From Octopus vulgaris (taxonomy: Eukaryota): DNA of 64,000 nucleotides. The stretch spans positions 20,956,001-21,020,000 of the forward strand of contig OX597835.1 of assembly GCA_951406725.2 (NCBI GenBank), read 5' to 3'. The translations under genes were made by a program, and so were the position numbers. Position 1 is the first letter of the stretch; every line of letters begins with the position of its first letter. Shown piece by piece: positions 1-12,152 of the stretch. The notes under the pieces are model-generated. The model was not told the origin of the DNA and searched no databases. It saw only the letters and a list, made by a program, of their open reading frames with translations.

Positions 1-104
1 TGTGTGCGTCTGTGTGCGTCTGTGTGTGGCTGTGTGTCTTTAGTGCTCGTTTGTGACTGTGACAATTCCGATCGAATATTTTTTAAAATTTCATTTTATC
101 TGTC

Positions 105-137
105 ACTACTACTACTACTACAACTACTACTACTACA

Positions 138-224
<87 letters not shown>

Positions 225-431
225 TAGAATAACAATAATAATAATAATAATAATAATAATATAATAATAATAATAATAATAATAATGATAATAATAATAA
301 TAATAACGATAATAATAATAACGATAATAATAATAATGATAATAATAATGATAATAATAATAATAATAATAATAATTAGAATAATAACGATAATAATAAT
401 AACGATAATAATAATAATGATAATAATAATG

Positions 432-489
<58 letters not shown>

Positions 490-534
490 TAATAATAATA
501 ATGATGGTGATGATGATGATGATGATGATAATAC

Positions 535-594
<60 letters not shown>

Positions 595-640
595 TGGTGA
601 TGATGATGATAATAACAATAATAATAATAATTAGAATAAC

Positions 641-693
<53 letters not shown>

Positions 694-700
694 TAATAAT
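105..700. repeat. Compound (CTA)n/(TAA)n/(TGA)n trinucleotide microsatellite
   Basis: Directly visible. It explains the poly-L/poly-I ORFs 4..264, 285..851 and 376..618. Confidence 0.97.
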
Positions 701-1689
701 TCTGATACTACCACCACCATCGCCACCAAACCAGTATTTACTGGATCGACAATTTCCACTACTGCACCTTCAAAAACTATTCCTGTTAACAAAGCTACAA
801 CAGCAACAACAAGAAGAGTTCCGCCTAAGTAGAGAATCTGTTAAGTCTTAGGCAGCAGAGATGCTCCCCTCCGCCGCCCGCATACACAAAAAAAAATAAC
901 AGTCAATCCTCTGTATCTATTAAGATAATGTTTTGATCCAATAAAAGCTAACGACATTCTTTTATGTTTATCACTTTCTAAGTACATGTAATTCATTTTT
1001 CTTTCCTTTCTCTCTCTCTCTCTTTCCCTCTCTCTCTGTCTATCTTTCTCTCAATTAATCCTTGTAAAGGATTAAATGAAGGAGACGCAATGAGGAAAGT
1101 AAAAAATCCGATAATACTACAGTATTAATTGTTTAACACAGTGTTTCTAATCAGGGCTTTATAACTGTATTGATTTGGCGGTTGGATAGTTGAACTGATA
1201 CGCATCTTTCTAATTTTTCCTTTTCAACTTTTCTACGCTGTTTTTCACATAACTACTGTGTTCAGAAATGTTCATAGCCGCCATTTTACAAAAATATCTG
1301 GCCGTAATAACAGGCATTGTAATCCGTAAGCATATGATTACGTTAACGAAAAAAAATAATAAACTTCCATATACCACATCTTGGTGGTTTGATATGCTAG
1401 AATCAGAAACAAAATTATTGTTCCAGGGAGAGAGAAACCGTCGAATGAATCCGGAACCGAATCAGTTGGAAATTGGTAATGGTACGCTGTATCTTTGAGA
1501 AAAGTTTGTAGTGAGAATAACAAATTTACGGGTGATTAACCTCGTTACTTTAGATAAAGTATTAAATAATTAAAATTGCAACTTTCATATTTTCGATAAT
1601 GTATGGTGTAATATGTGCCGCGTTTACAACGGAGAATATTGCAGTGGGGGATATATATGTAACTATACAAAAATATAAATACGCATTCC

Positions 1690-1873
1690 AGAGCACGATT
1701 AAAAGTTCATAGGCTGAAGATCAAAATGTAATGCTACAATTGTGAAACATTGCATTCATTAATTTCAACCCTTCTTATCATAGAGGCTTTCTTTGTTATC
1801 CTGTAAACTGACATCTAAATGTTCAAAGATTCAAATGTAACTTGTAGCCACTCCTCTTGAAAATGGACAAAAT
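1690..1873 (+). mobile_element. Possible 5' end fragment of a mariner-like transposon
   Basis: AAAAGTTCATAGGCT resembles a mariner TIR core, and the segment ends in ATGGACAAAAT (MDK.), a typical mariner transposase start. The rest of the element is absent. Confidence 0.3.
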
Positions 1874-2084
1874 GTAGCGTCGTGGTTAAGAATTTAGCTT
1901 TGCAACCATTTTGTTTCTGGTTCAATTCCTCTTAGTGGTATATATGCTAAGTTGGCAGTGTGCAATTGAATCCAAGACCTTGAAGTTGGAAGACAAGGTT
2001 TTTGCCCACACACTTCCACCTGCATCTATGTTGTTTATTGTAGCATATCATATAATCATTATTGAATGTATCACTCAAAATTAT

Positions 2085-2215
2085 GCTGGTCAACTTTGCC
2101 TTTCATTCTTTCGGGGTCGATAAAATAAGTACCAGTTAAGTACTGAGGTCCATGTAATCAACTTGCCTCCTCACCCGAAATTGCTGGCCTTGTGCAAAAA
2201 ATTCGAAATCATTAT
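2085..2215 (+). mobile_element. Meta-domain SINE 3' fragment
   Basis: CAACTTTGCCTTTCATTCTTTCGGGGTCGATAAAATAAGTACCAG matches the core of the copies at 9243 and 48421, followed by an ...AAATTGCTGGCCTTGTGC tail. Confidence 0.8.
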
Positions 2216-2714
2216 TAAATTTATTATTTATAAAGAATTTTGCTATACGCTGGCTATCAATAAAGTATATATTTGTTTAATTGCCTTTTTATTATTTACA
2301 AACTGTGTCTACGCTTCTACATTATACATTCAGCTGCTAGTTATGTCCTATTTATTATTTGCTCAAAACCATTTCAGCTACGATTTACATACCTAAAACT
2401 GTCGTTATTATTCCGGTAATTCTTATCACAGACTTAGAATTTCTCAAGTTTTCGTGTTTTATTGTACACAGAGAAAAATCACTTGAGTCGGATTAAAATG
2501 TAGATATATAGACAAACGTATATCCATACATGCATACATGTATATTTGTGTATATTAATATTTATGTTTATATCTAGTTCTTACAAAATCAATTTAGCAT
2601 CGGACTGAAGTGTTATTCAATCTCTCTCTCTCTCTCTCACGCACACTTTCTCTCTCTTTCTCTCTCTTTCTCTGTATATATCTATGCATACACACACATA
2701 CATATATGTATGCA

Positions 2715-2905
2715 TGTATGTATGTATGTATGTATGTATGTATTTATGTATGTATGTATGTATCTATGTATTTATATATGTATGTATGTATGTATGTAGG
2801 TAGGTAGGTAGGTAGGTAGGTAGGTAGGTAGGTAGGTAGGTAGGTAGGTAGGTAGGTAGGTAGGTAGGTAGGTAGGTAGGTAGGTAGGTAGGTAGGTAGG
2901 TATGT
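2715..2905. repeat. (TATG)n followed by (GGTA)n tetranucleotide microsatellite
   Basis: Directly visible. Confidence 0.97.
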
Positions 2906-3556
2906 AAGTCGTTTTCGTAATTGGTTTGCCATGTGTTTATAAGTCGCTTCCGATTCTGTAATGTTGGCAAGCCACAAAAATGGCTAAACATCAATGTCCA
3001 TTACTCCTAGATGGGATTGACGATGACCCTGAGGTGTTTCGACACCCTGCACATTGAAAGAGTATAGGCTCCATCGCTCTAATAGCAGCCAGCTGGCAAA
3101 TACGTGAAACATATACGCTAAGTATATGTGGCTACTAATATATTTTTTATACTAGTTGTGCTTCTATTTCATATCTAAATACATACATACATACACACAC
3201 ACATATGGTCCCTAACGACGAAGCTGCAATAGGGAATTAGCCAATTGTTTTCAAGTTGTGGATTCTATTTGCCATGTCGCCCGAGGACAATTTTTATCGT
3301 GAGGAGAAATGAAGTGAGTTAATAATGGCTTTATAGCGGTATTGGCTGCCATTTTAAACATGTAAGTATTTTTTACTCCTCTTACTTATAATTGTGACTT
3401 GTTCATAATTATAAACGTTTTTTCTTCTTCATATTTTATGATAGCATGTTTGGCCACTGATATATTTATAAATAATCTTAATTATTTATAATATATCCTT
3501 CATAATGTTTTTACATTACTCTTTACTTATATATAAGTAAATATATATATATATAA

Positions 3557-3607
<51 letters not shown>

Positions 3608-3612
<5 letters not shown>

Positions 3613-3701
3613 CTGTTTCATTCAAAAGAAATCATCAGGAAGCTCTTCCTGATGATTTCTGATGAGCTTCCTGATGATTTCTTTTGAATGAAACAGTTCT
3701 A
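3608..3701. repeat. Perfect 38-bp inverted repeat (hairpin) between (TA)n tracts
   Basis: 3608-3645 TAGAACTGTTTCATTCAAAAGAAATCATCAGGAAGCTC is the exact reverse complement of 3664-3701, with an 18-nt loop. Confidence 0.95.
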
Positions 3702-3797
3702 GTCCTGTAGAAGCTCCTTCTACATAATAAATTAATTTACTCTGCTATGTATTGAGTACCTTATATACTGTGGTTAACCCCGACTCAACCCGGGACC

Positions 3798-3850
<53 letters not shown>

Positions 3851-3952
3851 TACTATCAAAGGGTAATCTGAAATATTAGAAAATTCCATTACCAGTGGCC
3901 TAGCGTATAAAAAAATTTAGTCAATAAACTATATATTATTTTATACATACAG

Positions 3953-4366
3953 TGTACATTTAAACACATAAGGGGCATCCATCATAGGACTACCTGCACG
4001 CTAGAGAGGACAGTTAAATTCCAAACCACTGTTAAGAATAAAATCTCGAAAGGAATGAAAAATAAAAACATTTACCCTCTAACTCCTGGACCAATCGTTT
4101 CAGACTTTTTTAGAAAATAAAATGATTTGCTAGGCGAAGCCTTCTTCAGCAGGTGCACCTTAGATTAAATATATATACACGAAGCAATCTAGTATATGCC
4201 CCGTGCTTATACATTGTAAATTTTCAAAATCTACCGCTCAAGCGCAGCTCCTTGTCGGCAGTAAATGAACAAGCCGGCTTTTTCATTTCGAAAATTATCC
4301 AAGAATTATCCTCTCTAGCGTGCAGGTAGTCCTATGATGGATACCTCTTATGTGTTTAAATGTACA
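3953..4366. mobile_element. Non-coding element with 58-bp inverted repeats enclosing the hammerhead motif
   Basis: 3953-4010 and 4309-4366 are reverse complements with 2 mismatches; flanks are TA-rich. Confidence 0.7.
4085..4153 (-). ncRNA. Type I hammerhead ribozyme motif
   Basis: Minus strand reads CCUG-CUGAAGA-AGGCUU...AAGUCU-GAAA-C-GAUUG-G-UC-CAGG. Helix I is CCUG/CAGG, helix II is AGGCUU/AAGUCU, helix III is minimal, and the site is GUC. Confidence 0.75.
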
Positions 4367-5057
4367 GTATATATATTTATATCTAAGTATTTGTGTGTAT
4401 CTGTTTTAATTATCTAAATTTCTCTTCTGAGGTAGTAGCTGGTTTCTATCAAATGTACAGAGCTCTGCCGTTTGAATAATATAGAGAGCAAATACAATGT
4501 CCTATTCTAGACTTGGGAAAAGTCTTGCGTATTTTTACTGTTCCACTTACACATTGTATTTCTAATGTGCTCATAAACTAGCTGATTACTTTCTTGTGAA
4601 AATCCTGGCTATATATATATATATATAAACTTTTGTATATACGATATCATATATCATATGCCCTTATTCGCCGATATATTCCAAATGCCCTTATGTTTTA
4701 GGTATGAGTGTAATTCTTTACACCATTACTCTAAGCATGAATTAGTTCCATTTCCATCCAGTTCTTTCTGAAAATTACCACAGCGAAAAGGTATTTTGGG
4801 TCTATTTGCGAATTGTTTATATATAATACGAATCTATACATCCATGCACACATACATACATGCAAGAACAACACGTATGCTTTCATATGAGTGTGTATAC
4901 ATATATACATAGACATATACACACATATATATATATATATATGTATATATGTATACACACTCATATGAAAGCATACGTGGTGTTCTCGCATGTATGTATG
5001 TATATATATATATACATATATATAATACGCGTGTGTGAGCTTGATATGCATATAGTT

Positions 5058-5089
<32 letters not shown>

Positions 5090-5133
5090 ACGCACTCACA
5101 GACATATATATGCATATCTACTTGAATGCCTAA

Positions 5134-5187
<54 letters not shown>

Positions 5188-5210
5188 GCACTCGCAGACA
5201 CACACATGCG

Positions 5211-5241
<31 letters not shown>

Positions 5242-5819
5242 AAACAAACGCGCACAAGGTGAGAACTAAAGTGAAGTAGGATAGAGAAACAGACGATAGC
5301 TATAAGATAAATATTTTATCTATTTCTCGTCATTATTTCTTTTGTTATTGTCCTTTCCCGTTCTAGCTTCTTAAACTTGCCTGGTTTAAAGTAATAATAT
5401 TTTCTGGATAATTATAGTCAAAAGCTATTTCCCAGCAAGCGTGTCTCTTCTTCGGCTTTCCACACAGTTCCATCTCTCTCCATTTCTCCATTTCTCTCCA
5501 AACCCTGTCTTATCACTCTTTCTCTCCTCTCATGCTTCCTTTCTGATTGATCCGTTTCATACTACTGGAAAAACATAATAATGATTGATAGAAACTTGCC
5601 CCTGTGTCTATTCGAGTTTATACATATATCTATTCATTATGTATTATCTTATATTATGGATATTTTTGCTTAGTTTTGTTTCAGGCAATACAAAGATAAT
5701 TACATTGTTTATTTCTGCAAATATACAGAACATACTGTTCAACTGTGATTTTCTCCGCGAGAGAAGCAAAATTTTAGAAGCTCTCCTAATCTCACGTTTG
5801 TTTTACTCTCATTCTCTCC

Positions 5820-5871
<52 letters not shown>

Positions 5872-6034
5872 CAATAATTATGTGACCTCTTTCTTACAAA
5901 ATTAGAGGTACATTCTGTCACGTTCACAATCAGGTATTTGGTTATGAGACGAAAAACTTTCACAAAAGTAATTGAATGGATTTATCACGAACCACGATAT
6001 AGATGGATAGATAGCTAGATACACAAACACCTAC

Positions 6035-6109
<75 letters not shown>

Positions 6110-6262
6110 GTTATGTTATATTGTATTATTTTATATTATATTTCACACAAATCCTAAGATATATTTGTTTATAAGCGCAGAAATGTAAATGTGTATTTCA
6201 TTTATTTAGAGACTATTATTTTAAATGTATATATAAATATATAAATATATATATATATAGAA

Positions 6263-6322
<60 letters not shown>

Positions 6323-7321
6323 GTGTGAGTGTGTATATTTGTGTATGTATGTTTATATTTATATTATATGTGTATGCATGCACACGTATAAACACATATT
6401 TACTGGTATATTATTGTATACAAATATAAAGTTCTTGATATCCTCCAGTTTTCTTCGTGTTTTTCGGTACAAGAGAAGGTAAAATCCAGAGACTCCCCTT
6501 TGTCAGTATGAATAAAATTAAAATTTTATGAACCATTGTGTGTTGCTCAGCGTTTAATAGGAATCCACAAAAGTTGGGACCCTAAGAATTCTAACCCAAT
6601 TCCCTTTGATATTTCAAGCAAATAACAGTACAGATTTTGCAGTGTCACAAACTTCTACTCTTTTGTGTCTCGTTGGTAGATTTGATATGATGGTAATTTC
6701 TTCAATAGCATTAACATATATTCTGGCATTTTTAGAGTATTTTTACGTAATGCCTGTACAGTTTCATGTTCAGAAGTGCCTTTGAAAGTATTATCCTTCG
6801 GCTTGTAGAATCATCGTAATAAATTTGTCGTGGACGCCATCTTTGGAACTAAGTGGCGTTTCTGTCTCGGTGAATACCCTCTTAAAGTTGAACGTTGTGG
6901 GGCTTGTGTATTTTCACTTGCGTTATAGTCGTTCTGTATTTCTTCAGCATAATAAGACATGATGCACAGAACGGAAGTTCTCGGAGAATTTGTAATCGAC
7001 AATTAGATGGCGGGTTAGTAGTCATGAGGTTGAGACTGTCTGTTTAACTGATTTCGTTTCTGTGTTGAGAAATGTTTGGTAATATCACACAAAATACGAT
7101 ATCTTGTTTGGATTAGTTTGCTATACGAGTGCATGTTATGTTCGTATGCCTGTACAGTGTTCAACTTTATATTATCACGATAAGCAAGTTCTATCTATAT
7201 TAGCTTCTTATTTTCACACAATACAATGAATTAAACCGTAATATATTTATTCTTTAATCTTCTATTTTTGTGGAAGGTTAAAAATTCAGAGAGGCAAAGT
7301 GATGCAAGTGTGAAGCAGCTA

Positions 7322-7762
7322 TCAATATCTATAAAGCGGAAAAGTGAAAAAGTTGTTTGATTTCTTGGTTATTTGTCTCATTTGGGGATGGGGTCGGATT
7401 GGCGCTAAAATTTACACTGTGCGGTACAGTGGGGTGGGCAATGGCGTGAGGAGGGTTGCAAGTCCCTTAGGGCTACCGTGTGGTCGCCATGGTGAGGAAT
7501 ATGGGAAAAATTAAGTTTTATGAGATAGACAGGTTGCGCTGTTTCAATAATGATGGCTTTTCGTTTTACTGCAGGGGCTAGAGAGGGTTATCTTTAATTG
7601 TGGGTGTAAAAATTTGGGGGATTTTAGAAGGGAGGTAAAGAAGAGGGCAATAAAAAGAACCAGGCAAAGAAGACGAACAAAAGAAGAAAGGGAAAAGGCG
7701 ACAACACGCACAAAACACCACAACCACCAAAACCCAAGCGAAGCATGGGTCCAAATAGCTAG
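7322..7762 (+). mobile_element. Non-autonomous Helitron-like element (~440 bp)
   Basis: 5' end A|TCAATATCTATAAAGCGG. Subterminal hairpin ACCCAAGCGAAGCATGGGT (7732-7750), then CTAG|T at 7759-7763. It sits between A and T with no TSD. Confidence 0.6.
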
Positions 7763-8059
7763 TCTTACTATAAAATCTGGAAGCATCATACAAGTGTATA
7801 TATATATGTATAAAACCTCACAGTCTATTTTCTTACTATTCTCTTAAATGACTTGCGGCCCTTATGATATGCAAAAGAAATTATTATTTTTGTTAGCTTC
7901 AAGTCATCAAGCTAGTAAATTCGTAAGTGCGGCGAACAATTGCTTGGCTTTATTACTTGCGACTGATTACGTATATCATCAACGTCGTCGTCGTCGTCGT
8001 CGTCGTCATCATGATCATCATCATCATCTTTATCACCATCATCGTCATTATCATCATCA

Positions 8060-9200
8060 TTTAACGTCTGTTTTCCATGCTCCCATGAGTTGAACTGCTT
8101 GATGAGAACTGGGAAGGTCAGGGGCCGCATCAGGTTCCATAGCATATTTTGACTTGGTTACTACGGGTGAAAGTTCTCCATCTCGCCAACTACTTTACAC
8201 AGTGTGCTGAGTACATTTTACATTTCACCATCTCTATTGCTTTTTACGTGGAACAATAACCAATACTTTTTTTACTGGCACCAGCACCAGCTCTTTTCCG
8301 TGGAACCAGCATACACACCAATGATTTATTGCGTGGCATCTTTATCTTGGGATCTCAATTTTGTTGTGGTGGGCGGGTCTTTTACGTACCATAATACACC
8401 ACGTATCTCGGCTTTCCTTTATCTTCACAAGGCTCAGCGTTTTCACATCATTCTTCAATATTTAGTCCCATATCTCTCTCGGTCACCCTCTTCCGCACTT
8501 TCCCCCGCTATCAATAATTGGCACTTCTCTATACCACTGCTCTCATTCATCTGAATCACATGCTCAAAGCAGCACATTCTCTTCTCTTCAACCCTGCATT
8601 TAATTCCTTTTATGCCCAACTTCTGTCTCAATACACCAGTGCTTTGTCGCACATTCACAGAGCATGCCAGTTCCGTTCCCTTCCAATCTTCCTGCCCTTT
8701 GCGTCCGGGACCCACGTCTCACTAGCATTCAGTGTGGAAGCACTCCGTCGGTTACGACGATGAGGGTTCCGGTTGATCCGAATCAACGGAACAGCCTGCT
8801 CGTGAAATTAACGTGTAAGTGGCTGAGCACTCCACAGACACGTGCACCCTTAACGTAGTTCTCGGGGATATTCAGCGTGACACAGAGAGTGACAAGGCCG
8901 GCCCTTTTGAAATACAGGTACAACAGAAACAGAAAGTAAGAGTGAGAGAAAGTTGTGGTGAAAGAGTACAGCAGGGATCACCACCATCCCTGCCGGAGCG
9001 TCGTGGATCTTTTTTAGGTGTTTTCGCTCAATAAACACTCACAATGCCCGGTCTGGGAATCGAAACCGTGATCCTATGACCGCGAGTCCGCTGCCCTAAC
9101 CACTGGGCCATTGCGCCTCCACTCTAGCATTCAACATAGCAGTTCGTATACATGGATCATACAATCTTCCTTTTTATTCGAAGCGCAGAGGTCAGGAATA
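8060..9200 (-). mobile_element. RTE-like LINE 3' remnant, split by a SINE
   Basis: Minus-strand translation KGRLYDPCIRTAMLNASETW, then ...LRQKLGIKGIKCRVEEKRMCCFEHVIQM, resembling the RTE ORF C-terminus (YGSETW, RLRWFGHVxRM). Confidence 0.7.
8732..9123 (-). mobile_element. Full-length tRNA-headed SINE (same family as 47604-47991)
   Basis: Head GGAGGCGCAATGGCCCAGTGGTTAGGGCAGCGGACTCGCGG...GTTTCGATTCCC has A and B boxes. 10-bp TSD CTAGCATTCA at 8722-8731 and 9124-9133. Confidence 0.9.
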
Positions 9201-9242
9201 AAATAAAGTGCGAGTAGCGAGAACGATGGTATTGACTGACCT

Positions 9243-9839
9243 AAGGCGGCGAGCTGGCAGAAACGTTAGCACGCCGGGCGAAATGCTTCGCGGTATTTCG
9301 TCTGCGTTACGTTCTGAGTTCAAATTCCGCCGAGGTCGACTTTGCCTTTCATCCTTTCGGGGTCGATAAATTAAGTACCAGTTACGCACTGGGGTCGATG
9401 TAATCGACTTAATACCTATGTCTGTCCTTGTTTGTCCCCTGTGTGTTTAGCCCTTGTGGGTAATAAAGAAATAGGTATTTCGTCTGCGTTACGTTGTGAG
9501 TTCAAATTCCACCGAGGTCGACTTTGCCTTTCATCCTTTCGGGGTCGATAATTTAAGTACCAGTTACGCACTGGGGTCGATGTAATCGACTTAATCCTTT
9601 GTCCGTCCTTGTTTGTCCCCTCTGTGTTTAGCCCCTTGTGGGTAATAAAGAAATAGGTATTTCGTCTGTCGTTACGTTGTGAGTTCAAATTCCGCCGAGG
9701 TCGACTTTGCCTTTCATCCTTTCGGGGTCGATAAATTAAGTACCAGTTACGCACTGGGGTCGATGTAATCGACTTAATACCTATGTCTGTCCTTGTTTGT
9801 CCCATCTGTGTTTAGCCCCTTCTGGGTAATAAAGAAATA
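9243..9839 (+). mobile_element. Meta-domain SINE trimer (head plus three ~183-bp units)
   Basis: Units start at 9292, 9474 and 9656. It has an A-box-like TGGCAGAAACGTT, B-box GAGTTCAAATTCC, the GCCTTTCATCCTTTCGGGGTCGATAAA core, and a 15-bp TSD at 9228-9242/9840-9854. The Meta-domain name is from recall, not a search. Confidence 0.85.
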
Positions 9840-10077
9840 GGTATTGACTGACCTCACTCAACATAAAATTGCTGGCATCGTGCCAAAACTTGAAACGAAT
9901 GACGTTGCGTTTGTTGTTGTGTTTGGTGTTGTTGCATTTGTTTTTATTGATGTTCGTTGTTTTCTTTTCGCTTTTCTTCGGAATTATTCTCACTCGCGAA
10001 TTTATTACAAATATAAGAGTCTCATTCCAGACAATTACTGTCATTGCTCTCATTTTGCTGAACTCCGAATGTTTTAT

Positions 10078-10092
10078 TGCTGCTGCTGCTAC

Positions 10093-10147
<55 letters not shown>

Positions 10148-10227
10148 ACTGGTTTTGCTCATGATGCCGAGGAGTAAGAGGGGGGAGAAGAAGGAGGAGG
10201 CGGACGAGGATTAGGTTGATGATAATA

Positions 10228-10298
<71 letters not shown>

Positions 10299-10330
10299 GA
10301 TGATGATGATGGTGGTGATGATGATGGTGG

Positions 10331-10394
<64 letters not shown>

Positions 10395-10426
10395 GGTGGT
10401 GATGATGATGATGATGATGGTGGTGG

Positions 10427-10494
<68 letters not shown>

Positions 10495-10522
10495 GTGATG
10501 GTGATGATGATGATGGTGATGG

Positions 10523-10566
<44 letters not shown>

Positions 10567-10830
10567 ATGATGATGATGATGATGATGATGAGGATGATGA
10601 TGATGATGACGATGATGATGGTGATGATGATGATGATGATGATGATGATGGTGATGGCAAGGATGATGATGGCAATGCTGATGATGGTCGATGCGGCGGT
10701 GTTGATGTTGCTGGTGGTAATGATGGTTATGATGCTGACGAGATGTTTATAATGACGATACTGGAGATGATGATGATGCTGATCTTCATCATCATCATCG
10801 TCATCATCATCATCGTAATCATCATCACCA
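10078..10830. repeat. (TGC)n and long (GAT/GGT)n microsatellite
   Basis: Directly visible; source of the poly-M/poly-S ORFs. Confidence 0.97.
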
Positions 10831-11342
10831 TGATATTAACGGTGATGCTGTGGCTGTGTCGATGCTGCTTGTTGCGAATTCTTTCTCTTGTCTGTTCATT
10901 ATCCGTTAATCATCGAGTAACGTTGTTTTTTTTCTCTATATAAATACGGCTTTAAAAGATAGCAGGTGCTTAGAGAGTTGCGATATATTCATTCTATGTT
11001 ACAGCTGATAGCGGTAGTTACGTGGATGGTGGCGGCGACTGCGGGTGTCTTTGTTGCTGATTTTAGTGGTGATGGTAATTGTGGTGGTGGTGGTGGTAGT
11101 TGAGTAAGAGTGGGTTTTGGAAGTAGTTGTTGCGATATAGTGATGCACACTCACGTAAACACATACAGGCACACATATATATGTATGTGCGACTGTGTTT
11201 ATTATATTCGCGTTACGTAGGCATATAAGAAAGCAACTCTATGTCGCATGAATTGAACTGCATGCTACATGACATTGTGTGACATATATATATATATAAT
11301 ACACAAATACATATATATATACATACACACACGCACACACAC

Positions 11343-11373
<31 letters not shown>

Positions 11374-11449
11374 CACAAATGCATATATATAAATATATAT
11401 ACGTATATGTGCATGTATATATCCATGTATTTGTATATATATATATATA

Positions 11450-11652
11450 ACGGGAAGCTTTATGAAAATAGACAAAAGACGAAGGCAGGTGGAAAACAAA
11501 CAAACAATTGTATTAGTATGGCGCTCAGGAAATATAAATAAAACAAGTCTTTAACGTTTCGAGCTTACGCTCTTCAACAGAAAGATACACAGAGAGAAAA
11601 AAACACAGAAAGAAGGAGAGAAAAAAAATGCGTGCAGTAACTCACGAACCAA
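11450..11652 (-). mobile_element. Short (TA)n-flanked element with minimal hammerhead-like motif (family also at 53100 and 60367)
   Basis: Minus 11585-11548 reads UCUUU-CUGUUGA-A-GAGC-GUAA-GCUC-GAAA-CGUU-AAAGA. Homologous copies lie at 53100-53280 (+) and 60367-60527 (-). Confidence 0.7.
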
Positions 11653-11729
11653 TATATATATATATATATATATATGTTTGTATGTGTACATATATGTTTG
11701 TATGTATGCATATATTTTTATTTATCACC

Positions 11730-11765
<36 letters not shown>

Positions 11766-11767
<2 letters not shown>

Positions 11768-12152
11768 ACGATCACCAACGTACCAATTTGTTTCACTCGT
11801 TAATATCTACGTATATAAACACGCAGAAATCTGCAAGATCATCAACGTAGTCTGTCGCTTGCAAAACAATTTCCAGAACTAGATACAGAACGCTCAGCCG
11901 AGGTCTATCATGTGTAAAGTTCTACATGTTATATGTGCGTGTAATCCTTCCAAATGCCTTCACTTTGCCACGCTTGGACCGGAAATCACTCTGCAGTTAA
12001 TAAATTTGAGCAGCTTCGGTTGATCGTTCTGTATCTAGTTCTGGAAATTGCGTTTTGTAAACGACAGACTACGCTGAGGACCTTGCAGATATCTGCGTGT
12101 TTGCATACGTAGATATTAGCAAGTGAAACCATTGGTACGTAGGTGATCGTTT
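11766..12152. repeat. ~390-bp fold-back palindrome with ~138-bp arms, each carrying a hammerhead motif
   Basis: 11766-11903 is an imperfect reverse complement of 12014-12152, with a ~110-bp spacer. Confidence 0.9.
12069..12142 (+). ncRNA. Type I hammerhead ribozyme motif with extended helix II
   Basis: CUACG-CUGAGGA(12074-80)-C-CUUGC...GCAAG-U-GAAA(12125-28)-CCA-U-UGG-UA-CGUAG. Predicted cleavage is after A12137. Confidence 0.75.

Noticed and set aside
4-851. Long ORFs of poly-I/L/M and the many YI/CV/HT-repeat ORFs across the window
   Set aside because: They are translations of (TAA)n, (GAT)n, (TA)n and (CA)n microsatellites that lack stops in some frames; no domain content.
6420-7020. Non-repetitive stretch tried as an exon or retroelement ORF
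   Set aside because: The frames I tried contain stops and no recognisable motif.
9292-9839. Regular ~183-bp repeats as a CRISPR array or satellite
   Set aside because: No unique spacers, eukaryotic context, and a SINE head with TSD.
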